The translations under genes were made by a program, and so were the position numbers. Positions 33,254 through 42,543 of a stretch of 64,000 bases of DNA are shown one piece after another. A model generated the notes under the pieces. It had not been told where the DNA came from, did no database searches, and worked only from the letters and a program-made list of their open reading frames with translations. This DNA is from Verrucomicrobiota bacterium (lineage in GTDB: Bacteria; Verrucomicrobiota; Verrucomicrobiia; Opitutales; Opitutaceae). Each line of letters begins with the position of its first letter. Within the stretch, counting starts at the first letter, position 1. The stretch lies in the NCBI GenBank assembly GCA_031404135.1, contig JANNHA010000071.1, positions 6,198 to 70,197 of the forward strand. Reading direction: 5' to 3'.

Positions 33254-34951
33254 TTAGGAATTGCAGGCACCACCGCATTCGCACGCACCGGTTTCGGGTG
33301 GGGCGTCGGCATTTTCTTTGGCTTTCAGTTCTTTGTCCCAGGCGGCGATGCGGCCGGCGGCAAGAATGCAGGGGCTGCGCGCGATGATAACGGTCAGTTC
33401 GTCTTTTTGTAGGGAATCGGCCAATACGGCTTTGAGCGTCGCGCGTTCGCGAACTGGATTGATGGTAAAAACGTTTTTTATGCCAGAGGCGCGGGCCATG
33501 GCTTCGAAGCTGACTTTGTGGGTGCCTTCGCCGTCGAGTTGGCGACCGGTGCCGGGGTGTTCCTGCTGGCCGGTCATGGCGGTGGTTCCGTTATCGAGGA
33601 TCATCAACACGTGGCCGGTCTCGGGCGGGTTGTAGGCCATTTCAACGAGGCCGGGCAGACCGCTGTGGAGAAAAGTGCTGTCGCCGATCACGGAGACGAC
33701 GCGCTTGGCTTGCTCGCGCGGGAGCACGTGGCGGAGGCCGAGGCCCATGCCGACCGAAGCGCCCATGTCGATCATCATGTCCATCGTCGCAAGCGGCGGG
33801 AGCGCGGCGAGTGTGTAACAACCGATATCGCCAGAAACGATGCAGTTGAGCTCCTTCATTACTTCAAAACTCGTGGTGTGTGGGCAGCCTTTGCAGAGTT
33901 CGGGTGGTTTGCCGCGGGGCGGGACGGGTTCGGGGCTTGTATCCTTGTTCAGGATACGTATGACGCGATCGACGCTGAGTTCACCGAAGCGGAAAATGGA
34001 ATCGTCCTTGGCCTCGATGCGCAGGTCGGCGGCGCGCAGGGCCGTGGCGAGCCAAGGGTCGTTTTCTTCAATGACGACGCAGCGGTCGACCGTGGCAGCG
34101 AACGCGCGGATCGTCGCCAGCGGGAGCGGATAGGTCATGCCGAGCTTCAGGATACTGGCGGCCGGTTCGGCTTCGCGAATGTGATGGTAGCAGATGCCGG
34201 CGGTGATGATGCCGAGGGATTCGCTGCGTTTTTCGATTTGGTTCGGACCTTGGGAAATGTTCCACAACTCCATCTCGGCCATCTTGGCGCGGAGACGGCG
34301 ATGGGCAGGTTTGGCGTGGCCGGGGACCATGACGCGGCCGGCGATGTTGCGGACAAAATCGGTGGTGGGCGCGCCGGTTTCGGACGCGGTGGGTTTCACT
34401 CCGGAGGCGAAGCGCGGTGTGACGGGCGACTTTGAGTGGCAGACCCGCGTGGTCATGCGGAAGAGAACGGGGATCTTCCAGCGCTCGCTGGTGGCAAACG
34501 CGACTTGGAGCAGATCGTAGGCATCCTGCGAATCGGCGGGCTCGAACATCGGGGCGACGGCGGCCTCGGCGTAGCGGCGGCTGTCTTGTTCGTTTTGCGA
34601 AGACGCCAGGCCGGGATCGTCGGCGACGACGAGTACATAACCACCGTCTACGCCCGAATAGGTCATGGTGAACAAAACGTCGGCGGCGACGTTGAGGCCG
34701 ACATGTTTCATCGTGCAAAGCACGCGGGCTTTGGCGAAGGCGGCACCGAGAGCGACTTCGGCAGCGACTTTTTCGTTGGGTGCCCATTGAGCTTTGCCGC
34801 CGAGTGCGCTGAAAGCCTCGAGGATCTCGGTGGACGGCGTGCCCGGATAACCGGTGCCGAGCGCGACGCCACAGTGCAGTGCGGCGAGGGCAACCGCTTC
34901 GTTGCCGCTTAAAAGGAGACGACCAGACTTATCTTGAGAAGGTTGTGACAC
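33254..34951 (-). CDS. iorA: Indolepyruvate:ferredoxin oxidoreductase alpha subunit (TPP-binding)
   Basis: 565 aa, GTG start. [17 protein letters not shown]...[11 protein letters not shown] terminus and TPP motif [14 protein letters not shown]. Confidence 0.85.
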   Translation of the reverse strand: MSQPSQDKSGRLLLSGNEAVALAALHCGVALGTGYPGTPSTEILEAFSALGGKAQWAPNEKVAAEVALGAAFAKARVLCTMKHVGLNVAADVLFTMTYSGVDGGYVLVVADDPGLASSQNEQDSRRYAEAAVAPMFEPADSQDAYDLLQVAFATSERWKIPVLFRMTTRVCHSKSPVTPRFASGVKPTASETGAPTTDFVRNIAGRVMVPGHAKPAHRRLRAKMAEMELWNISQGPNQIEKRSESLGIITAGICYHHIREAEPAASILKLGMTYPLPLATIRAFAATVDRCVVIEENDPWLATALRAADLRIEAKDDSIFRFGELSVDRVIRILNKDTSPEPVPPRGKPPELCKGCPHTTSFEVMKELNCIVSGDIGCYTLAALPPLATMDMMIDMGASVGMGLGLRHVLPREQAKRVVSVIGDSTFLHSGLPGLVEMAYNPPETGHVLMILDNGTTAMTGQQEHPGTGRQLDGEGTHKVSFEAMARASGIKNVFTINPVRERATLKAVLADSLQKDELTVIIARSPCILAAGRIAAWDKELKAKENADAPPETGACECGGACNS

Positions 34952-35099
34952 AGACGAGGTTTTGTTTGGGGTAAGTTTAGCTCAACGCGCTTTTGGGCAC
35001 ACCGTAAATCCTGCCGGTTGCAGCGCAGAAATTGCCTACCAACGGAAGGCCCATCACTGCACTTGCTTGATATGGCTGGGAGTGGTCCGATCCGCCGCG

Positions 35100-36023
<924 letters not shown>

Positions 36024-36237
36024 GCGTGCGGCCGCTTGGCCAGGTAAGCCTTCCCGGGGTGGAGCAGCTTGACGCAAGATGCTTTCCGGGTGCCACGAAG
36101 GTCGAACCACCCTGTTTGTCATCCCGAGCGCTACGCGAGGGATCCACTTGGAATCGGTAAACCAGCACGTGCGACCTTACCCACTAAGCATGGGCAAAAC
36201 CTCAAACATTCGGGGGTGACTCCTTTTTCATTCTTAA

Positions 36238-36906
36238 TCAGGGAATGGGAATTAGATTGGCCAGTTGTATGTCGAGCTTTTTGAGTCCCGTCAGTATACG
36301 TGACCTAACGGTATTATATATGTCTTTGGGATTTGCAGCGAAGGTAATCTTGTTTCGTGACATGTGAGCAACATTTCCACGCATACCCCCAAATTCGTTC
36401 ATTGCTAAATTCCATTCATCATCGAGATCCTTATTTAATCGAATCGACAAAGGAACCAATAGCCACTTCAGGTTTTCCTCTTTGATGCCATTATTATTAC
36501 TTACAACTTTCAGATACTCCTGTAATGCCATATTTATCCGAGTTTCGACACCGACTTCATTGCACGGTTTCTTCAAATTCTCGGGTCTCTTCCCAAGTTC
36601 GGACCACTCACTAGCACAAATTGCATATAATGAAAACACAACCCTGCCGACAGACTGTTTTTTAGTGTATGCTTCAACTGAAGCTTTAGCGAGCTCTTGG
36701 CAAACCGTTTCAAGGTAATGCTCTATTTCCGCGTGGACTAGAACGATAAACCCGAGAGTCCTGTCCTCCCATTGCGGGTCAGATATGCCCGCAAATGGAT
36801 CATCTAAGTCTAAGGGCAATAAGTGCTTACGCAGAACAACGATTCTTCGCAGGAGTGAATAATATTGAGCGGAAACACTCATAGGTATTTCACTTCCCAA
36901 CCACAA
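36238..36906 (-). CDS. HEPN-domain protein (putative RNase effector)
   Basis: 222 aa in an AT-rich stretch. RGNVAH (Rx4H) about 40 residues from the C terminus. Overlaps the end of the DUF262 gene (alternative start MSVSAQ at 36882). Confidence 0.6.
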   Translation of the reverse strand: MWLGSEIPMSVSAQYYSLLRRIVVLRKHLLPLDLDDPFAGISDPQWEDRTLGFIVLVHAEIEHYLETVCQELAKASVEAYTKKQSVGRVVFSLYAICASEWSELGKRPENLKKPCNEVGVETRINMALQEYLKVVSNNNGIKEENLKWLLVPLSIRLNKDLDDEWNLAMNEFGGMRGNVAHMSRNKITFAANPKDIYNTVRSRILTGLKKLDIQLANLIPIP

Positions 36907-38113
36907 TTGGAGTAATATTCACACCAACGACCTTACTCAATGACGCTGCCCATGCGTGGAATCGATATCTAGTATTTTCCAGACTTTTCGTAGTGCTCTC
37001 AATAGACTCCATGAATCTCGTATCGTTAGTGCAAAGATCTTTATAGGCAGTCACCACAATTTCGGGTGTATCTGTCCACGCTTTATTAACAACTTGATTA
37101 TCAATATACGCAAGTAATACATCAAAGATCGCTCGATTGAAACGTTGCTCAAATTTTTCTCCGGTCCACTTTCCGTAATTATATTCGCTGTCCGAATCAG
37201 CAAAGGCTTTCCGGATCATTTCATCATTTCGGTCAAGCCGGCTAATTAATTCCAAGCAACGAGGTGCGTATGAAGCCCAATTGGCGTTAAGCTCTTTACA
37301 TGTTGAGTCGAGAAACAATTTCATGTTACCGATGTATCGATTCAGAAACAAATTAAATGCTATGTGCCTGATAACGAGCTCAACATCTCTCATTCTGAAA
37401 TCAGGTTTTGTTGAGTGAAGAATTCGTTTTATAGCTTTACTTGCCGTCGAATTTTCATCTGCAAAATCCACGAATGGTCCCGGATGAAGCGCCTGCCTTA
37501 GCTCCTGTGGCGAAAGTGGTTTGCTCCCCATATTCAGACGAATAAATACGTGAAACAATAGTGCCTCGTCCTTCCAATTCTTAATAATCACAGTCCTTAT
37601 TGGCTGGTTATCAAAAGCAGCGATCACGTCTGTGCAGGTCAGATCTTCACGCAGATCACTATAAGTCCTTCCATTTAAATCCTTCCTGATATCTAGGTTC
37701 CTCAAACTGAATACTGGAAAATCGGACGCTCCGTTATTTGATGTAAATTGCAGCAAGCATAGGAGTCTTTGCTTACCATCTAGCACGATGTACTTTCCAC
37801 GAGCATCCATACGCTCCGCCAAAACAATTTGGGGTACCGGTAAACCCAAAATCAATGATTCAATGAATCTACTTTTTCTGTCTAATTCCCACGCATCGCG
37901 TCGCTGAAATTTCGGGTTAAGTTCGATATTTCCCTTACGTAGTTGAGACAGAACGGTCTCAGTGGTCCAATCGGCACCGCCAACAGTGATGCTAGAAAAA
38001 ACTACGTTTCCCGCCAGAGTTATATCGGACTCTTCTTCAGATGTGCCTGTGATTTCTGAGAACTGTTGAGGATCATTCATTGAATGAATTATTAATGGTG
38101 GCTTTTGCGGCAA
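36890..38113 (-). CDS. DUF262 (ParB/Srx-like nuclease/NTPase fold) protein without a recognisable DUF1524/HNH half
   Basis: LNPKFQRRDAWELDRKSRFIESLILGLPVPQIVL and YIVLDGKQRLLCL (FQR / DGQQR motifs). TTG start at 38113 (alternative ATG at 38080). AT-rich. Confidence 0.8.
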   Translation of the reverse strand: MPQKPPLIIHSMNDPQQFSEITGTSEEESDITLAGNVVFSSITVGGADWTTETVLSQLRKGNIELNPKFQRRDAWELDRKSRFIESLILGLPVPQIVLAERMDARGKYIVLDGKQRLLCLLQFTSNNGASDFPVFSLRNLDIRKDLNGRTYSDLREDLTCTDVIAAFDNQPIRTVIIKNWKDEALLFHVFIRLNMGSKPLSPQELRQALHPGPFVDFADENSTASKAIKRILHSTKPDFRMRDVELVIRHIAFNLFLNRYIGNMKLFLDSTCKELNANWASYAPRCLELISRLDRNDEMIRKAFADSDSEYNYGKWTGEKFEQRFNRAIFDVLLAYIDNQVVNKAWTDTPEIVVTAYKDLCTNDTRFMESIESTTKSLENTRYRFHAWAASLSKVVGVNITPIVVGK

Positions 38114-38350
38114 ACAAAGGGGTGTTCATCTGGCTGGGTGCCAAAATGCAATAGGTGGCATCAAGTTGGAAGGCAAATTGTTCGGCCACGCTGAGGTGGA
38201 CTCCGTGACCAGTACCAGGGGATCGAGAGAGTTAGTTATGAGGTTCAGGTATGATTGGGAAGATAAAATAATTTTTAGGGAGGGGTGCAGGGAAGGGAGC
38301 TAGCTCTTTCCCCGCTCCTCCCGTCGCCGTTAGGCGGCATGTTTGGGGCG

Positions 38351-38395
38351 ATCCAAAAGGGCCAAACTTTGCACTTTGCACAAAGACCCTGCGGA
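38351..38395 (+). repeat. Direct repeat flanking hicBA, left copy
   Basis: ATCCAAAAGGGCCAAACTTTGCACTTTGCACAAAGACCCTGCGGA. Compare 39072-39128. Confidence 0.6.
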
Positions 38396-38606
38396 TGGAG
38401 CATATCTGCAGGAGAACTTGGTGCTCCTGACCAACCCGAGAATCAGGATGCTTAAGGACGTCCACCCCCGTACGGCACCGGCCAGGCTCACGTTCGACGT
38501 GTGCGAGCCGACCCAGCCAGGCGTGGAAAACGTCGAATGAGAGGCAGAACTTACAGAGGAAGAAGTCGAGCTTGCCGAGTAACTCTAGGACGATAGCTTT
38601 TTCCCC

Positions 38607-38825
38607 ATGAAGGAAATTATTTTTGAGGTACGCGAGGACGAGGCCGATGGCGGTTTTACCGCTGCGGCGCTCGGTCATGACATTTTTACTGAGGGCGACA
38701 CGATAGCGGAACTACGCGCCAATGTGCGCGGGGCGGTGCAGTGTCACTTTGGCGATGGCGTGCCCGGACCGTTGCCGCAAATGATCCGGCTGCATTTTGT
38801 GCGTGATGAAGTACTAGCGACATGA
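38607..38825 (+). CDS. hicB: HicB-like antitoxin (RNase-H-fold-only type)
   Basis: 72 aa. MKEIIFEVREDEADGGFTAAALGHDIFTEGDTIAELRANV. 4-nt overlap with hicA. Confidence 0.7.
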   Translation: MKEIIFEVREDEADGGFTAAALGHDIFTEGDTIAELRANVRGAVQCHFGDGVPGPLPQMIRLHFVRDEVLAT

Positions 38826-39064
38826 AAATCCCGCGCGACTTGAGCGGCTCCGATCTGGCGAAGGCGTTGCGTACGCTCGATTATGAGCGCGTGAGGCAGG
38901 ACGGCTCACATATCCGACTGACAACCCAGCGCGGCGGCCAGCATCACATCACGGTGCCCAATCACAATCCGATCAAGCTGGGCACGCTGACGGGCATCCT
39001 CAAAGCCATTGCCGCGCACCACAAGCTGAGCATTCAGGAGTTGGTGCAAACCCTCGGCCTGTAA
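38822..39064 (+). CDS. hicA: HicA-family mRNA interferase toxin
   Basis: 80 aa. LSGSDLAKALRTLDYERVRQDGSHIRLT...HHITVPNHNPIKLGTLTGILK (YcfA/HicA pattern with catalytic GSH). Confidence 0.8.
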   Translation: MKIPRDLSGSDLAKALRTLDYERVRQDGSHIRLTTQRGGQHHITVPNHNPIKLGTLTGILKAIAAHHKLSIQELVQTLGL

Positions 39065-39071
39065 CGAAACC

Positions 39072-39128
39072 AATCAAAAGGGGTTAAGTTTTGCACTTTG
39101 CAGAAAGGCCGATCCAGGCTTCTGCGGA
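39072..39128 (+). repeat. Direct repeat flanking hicBA, right copy
   Basis: AATCAAAAGGGGTTAAGTTTTGCACTTTGCAGAAAGGCC...CTGCGGA. Shares the TTTGCACTTTGCA core with 38351-38395. Confidence 0.6.
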
Positions 39129-39383
39129 CAGTGGTTGTGTTTTGGAGCTTGGGGTCGGTGGTTCCACTCAAACCCACCCGGACCCAACCTCATTGGATTG
39201 CCGCAAGGCTAGAACGAGGAAGCGCACGCAAGCGTGGTTCGGGGCGGACACGAACGTTTGGAGGTTATCCCGGTAACGGGATGCTCGTGCAAAACGAGGA
39301 CACGTTGAACCAACCTTCTTACGGCCATGGTTTCAATATGCGATCAACCGCTCCCCTTGATCGGGGAAAGATCATTAACTGGA

Positions 39384-39460
39384 GAGCCGGATGCGGGAAA
39401 TCCGCCAGTCCGGTTCGGAGGGAGGGGTGGAGCAAATCAATGCTCCGTCCCTACCCCTAT
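39384..39460 (+). mobile_element. Group II intron 3' terminus (domain V plus domain VI with bulged branch-point A), ORF-less remnant
   Basis: 39384-39416 GAGCCGGAUGCGGGAAAUCCGCCAGUCCGGUUC matches the domain V consensus: AGC triad, 9-bp lower stem with G-U pairs, a 2-nt CA bulge and a GAAA-type loop. 39419-39460 folds as domain VI with an unpaired A at 39453, 7 nt before ...CUAU. Confidence 0.7.
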
Positions 39461-39557
39461 CAAGCCGGATCGGGATCGCCGGCAAGCAGGCTTCTGCGAA
39501 AATCTGCGCTGATGACGCGTCGCCCGCCTTTTCCTGATTGAACAATCCCTGCCCGTT

Positions 39558-41009
39558 TCACAGCGGCAGGTTGATGCCGGCGAGCGACGTGGCGATGGCG
39601 TTCATGATCGGTTCAGGTGCGACGCCGAGCCAGATGATACCGATAATCAAGAGAACGCAGAGAATCTTGGTCGAGAGGTCGATGGAAAGGGATTCGGGAG
39701 CGGTGCCGTCGGAGACTTTTTCACCGAAGACGCTTTTGCGGACAACTTGGAGGTAATAATAAATGGCGATCGCGGAGTTGATCACAGTGATGATCACGAG
39801 GGCGAGGTGTCCCTTGGCGAAGGCGGCGGAGAGAAGGCCGAACTTGCCGATAAAGCCAACGAACGGAGGGATGCCCGCGAGGCCGAAGACGGCGACGACG
39901 AGCGTCAGGGCTAACAAGGGCGAGCGGCGGTGCAGGCCGGAGAGTTCTTCGATTTCGACGTTGGTGCCGTCTTTGGAGACTTTGCAGATGACGACGAAAC
40001 AGGCGGTGACCATCAGTAGGTATCCAACAATGTAGTACAGCGCGGCGGTGTAACCAGCGGTGTTCATGGCGGTGAAACCGACGACGGCGTAACCGGCGTG
40101 CGCGATGCCGGAGAAACCGAGCAGGCGTTTGAAATCTTTTTGGACGAGCGCGATCAGGTTGCCGTAGCACATCGAGAGGATGGCGAGGCCGCTGAGCAGC
40201 GTGGCGATCGAGTGATTATCCGGGGTGGCGAGCGAAACGAGGCGGACGAGCACGGCGACGGCGCCGACTTTGGGCAGCGAGGCGATGAAGCCGGCGGTTT
40301 CGTTGGAGGCGCCTTGGTAAACGTCGGGGGTCCAGAAGTGGAAGGGGAAGATGGCGAGTTTGTAGTAGAAACCGCAGAACGCCATCGAGAGGCCGACGAT
40401 CACGAGGGGCGTGCCTGCGATGGGAGCGAGCTTGGTGAACATTTCCGGCAGGTGCGTCGAGCCGGTGAGGCCGAACAGGTAGCTAAAACCAAAGAACATG
40501 ATGCCGTTGGCGGCGACGCCGAACATGACGTACTTGATGGCGGATTCCATTTGCACGCGTTGGCCGTCGCGCTCGCGGCGCATGGCGACCATCAGGTAGA
40601 GCGGGAACGACGAAAGTTCGAGGGCGATGATGAGCGAGAGCACTTCGACGCTGCTGACGAGCATTGTGAGGCCGAGTACGCTGAGGGTGAGGAAGAGGTA
40701 GTACTCGGCTTTGGTTTCTTGCCGGATGTCGGGTAGGTTGCCGCTGAGGAGAAGCACGAACAAGTAGCCAGCGCTCATGACGATCTTGAGCCATTGTGAG
40801 AAGGCATCGATGCGGTACGCGCCGTCAAAGAGGACCTTGCTTTCGGGAAGCGAAACGATGCTGGCACCGAGGGTGACAAGGGCGACGAAGATGGCACCGG
40901 CGCGAGCGGCTTTGCCCTGCTTTTCGCCGAGGGCGACGACGAAGAGGCCGAGTGCTCCGGCGAGGAGCACGAGCTCAGGGAAGAAGGCGAGGGCGGAGAA
41001 GGGAGTCAT
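39558..41009 (-). CDS. nuoN: NADH:quinone oxidoreductase-like complex, subunit N
   Basis: 483 aa, 14-TM antiporter-like. LELSSFPLYLMVAM and ESAIKYVMFGVAANGIMFFG, typical of NuoN. Last gene of the operon. Confidence 0.85.
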   Translation of the reverse strand: MTPFSALAFFPELVLLAGALGLFVVALGEKQGKAARAGAIFVALVTLGASIVSLPESKVLFDGAYRIDAFSQWLKIVMSAGYLFVLLLSGNLPDIRQETKAEYYLFLTLSVLGLTMLVSSVEVLSLIIALELSSFPLYLMVAMRRERDGQRVQMESAIKYVMFGVAANGIMFFGFSYLFGLTGSTHLPEMFTKLAPIAGTPLVIVGLSMAFCGFYYKLAIFPFHFWTPDVYQGASNETAGFIASLPKVGAVAVLVRLVSLATPDNHSIATLLSGLAILSMCYGNLIALVQKDFKRLLGFSGIAHAGYAVVGFTAMNTAGYTAALYYIVGYLLMVTACFVVICKVSKDGTNVEIEELSGLHRRSPLLALTLVVAVFGLAGIPPFVGFIGKFGLLSAAFAKGHLALVIITVINSAIAIYYYLQVVRKSVFGEKVSDGTAPESLSIDLSTKILCVLLIIGIIWLGVAPEPIMNAIATSLAGINLPL

Positions 41010-41015
41010 CTGAAA

Positions 41016-41050
41016 GGAGCGGGTAGCGAGCAGTGAGTAGCGAGTAGTGT
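41016..41050. repeat. Heptamer array (GGAGCGG GTAGCGA GCAGTGA GTAGCGA GTAGTGT) in the nuoM-nuoN gap
   Basis: Same GTAGCGA family as 29871 and 31313, single arm. It fills nearly the whole 43-nt intercistronic spacer. Confidence 0.65.
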
Positions 41051-41052
41051 GA

Positions 41053-42531
41053 TTATTTCCCGACTTGTTGGAGGAGGTGGACGACGGATTCGTGCATGAT
41101 ATTCACGAAGGGCTGCGGGTTCAGGCCGATCCACACAACAAATACAAGCAAGGGTGTGAGCGTGAGGATCTCGCGGACGTTGAGATCGGCTGTGCCGGTG
41201 TGGTCGGGGTTGTCGGTGCCGCCGTAAACGAGGCGCTGGAGCATGCGGAGGTTATACGCTGCTGCGGCGACGACGCCGGGGATGGCGCAGAGCACGATGA
41301 CGGTGGAGGCTTTGAAACCGCCGGCGAGAACGAGGAATTCGCCGATGAAGCTGTTCGTGCCGGGGAAGCCGAGCGACGAGAGGCAGAAGACGCCGAGGAA
41401 CGTGGCGAGGATCGGCATCGTTTTGCCGATACCGGCTGATTTGGCGAGATCGCGGGTGTGTAGGCGTTCGTAGATAATGCCGACACAGATGAACAACGCG
41501 CCGGTGGTGACGCCGTGGTTGATCATGACGAGGGTGGCACCTTCGATGCCCTGGACGTTGAGGGCGAAAATGCCGAGGGTGCAGAAGCCCATGTGGCCTA
41601 CGGAGGAGTAGGCGACGAGTTTCTTCATGTCGCTTTGCGCGAGAGCGGCGAGGCCACCGTAAACGATACCGGCGACGGAGAGCCACATCAGCGCGGGTGA
41701 GAAATGCGTCGCGGCCCAAGGCGTGATCGGCAGCGCGAAACGCAGGAAACCGTAGGTGCCCATCTTCAGCAGCACGGAAGCGAGGATGACCGAACCAGCG
41801 GTTGGAGCCTCAACGTGCGCGGCGGGCAACCACGTGTGGAACGGGAACATCGGGACCTTGATCGCGAAAGAAATGAAGAACGCGGCGAAGACCCAGGTTT
41901 GGAAGCCGTGTGAGAACGCGTGGCCCATGGTCTCAGGCAGGTTGAATCCACCGGTTTGCAGGCGCAGCGCGATGATGGCGACGAGCAGGAAGACCGAGCC
42001 CGACATCGTGTAGATGAAGAACTTGATCGAGGCGTAGATTTTACGCGGGCCGCCCCAGACGCCGATCATGAGCGCCATCGGGATGAGCATCGATTCCCAG
42101 AACACGAAGAAGAGTACGGTATCGAGTGCGCTGAAGACGCCGATCATCGCCGACTCCATGACGAGGAGCGCGATCATGAACTCTTTGACGCGAACCTTGA
42201 TGTAGGTCCAAGAGGCAAGCACGCAGAGAGGCGTGATGAGTGTCGTGAGCAGGATGAGCAGCAGACTGATGCCGTCGATGCCGAGCGTGTAGTTGATTTT
42301 CAACCACGGAATCCACGCGTGGCTTTCACCGAACTGGAAGGCAGCGGTGCTGGCATCGAAGCCGATGTAAAGGTTGACCGAGAAGATCGCGGCGGCGGTG
42401 GTGAAGCCGAGGGTCCACCAGCGGACGAGTTTTTCGTCAGGCAGCAGTGCGCCGATCACGGCGGCGAGGAGCGGGGCGAAGATGAGGGTGCTGAGGAAGG
42501 GCAGGCCCTCGAGGGAGTCGATTATTGGCAT
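41053..42531 (-). CDS. nuoM: NADH:quinone oxidoreductase-like complex, subunit M
   Basis: 492 aa. LGIDGISLLLILLT and FWESMLIPMALMIGVWGGPRKIYASIKFFIYTMSGS, the NuoM signature. Confidence 0.9.
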   Translation of the reverse strand: MPIIDSLEGLPFLSTLIFAPLLAAVIGALLPDEKLVRWWTLGFTTAAAIFSVNLYIGFDASTAAFQFGESHAWIPWLKINYTLGIDGISLLLILLTTLITPLCVLASWTYIKVRVKEFMIALLVMESAMIGVFSALDTVLFFVFWESMLIPMALMIGVWGGPRKIYASIKFFIYTMSGSVFLLVAIIALRLQTGGFNLPETMGHAFSHGFQTWVFAAFFISFAIKVPMFPFHTWLPAAHVEAPTAGSVILASVLLKMGTYGFLRFALPITPWAATHFSPALMWLSVAGIVYGGLAALAQSDMKKLVAYSSVGHMGFCTLGIFALNVQGIEGATLVMINHGVTTGALFICVGIIYERLHTRDLAKSAGIGKTMPILATFLGVFCLSSLGFPGTNSFIGEFLVLAGGFKASTVIVLCAIPGVVAAAAYNLRMLQRLVYGGTDNPDHTGTADLNVREILTLTPLLVFVVWIGLNPQPFVNIMHESVVHLLQQVGK

Positions 42532-42543
42532 GACGCGGGACCG

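Noticed and set aside
32165-34912. Plus-strand ORFs 32165-32992, 33518-34435 and 34436-34912 antisense to paaK and iorA
   Set aside because: Same reasoning. The opposite strand encodes proteins with AMP-binding and TPP motifs, and these frames are compositional artefacts.
36090-36120. tRNA-like T-arm (GGTCGAACCACC) that could mark an integration site at the left edge of the defence islet
   Set aside because: It is only a short partial match to the GGTTCGAATCC consensus. No acceptor, anticodon or D arm can be drawn around it.
38232-38678. 148-aa minus-strand ORF overlapping the hicB start and the left direct repeat
   Set aside because: It overlaps a better-supported gene and a repeat. It has no motif and a mixed-composition translation.
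39098-39541. 147-aa ORF (and 61-aa ORF 39327-39512) between hicA and nuoN
   Set aside because: The region folds as group II intron RNA. Domain V and VI fall inside it, and peptides such as GEPDAGNPPVRFGGRG are the usual spurious translation of that RNA. There is no start context.
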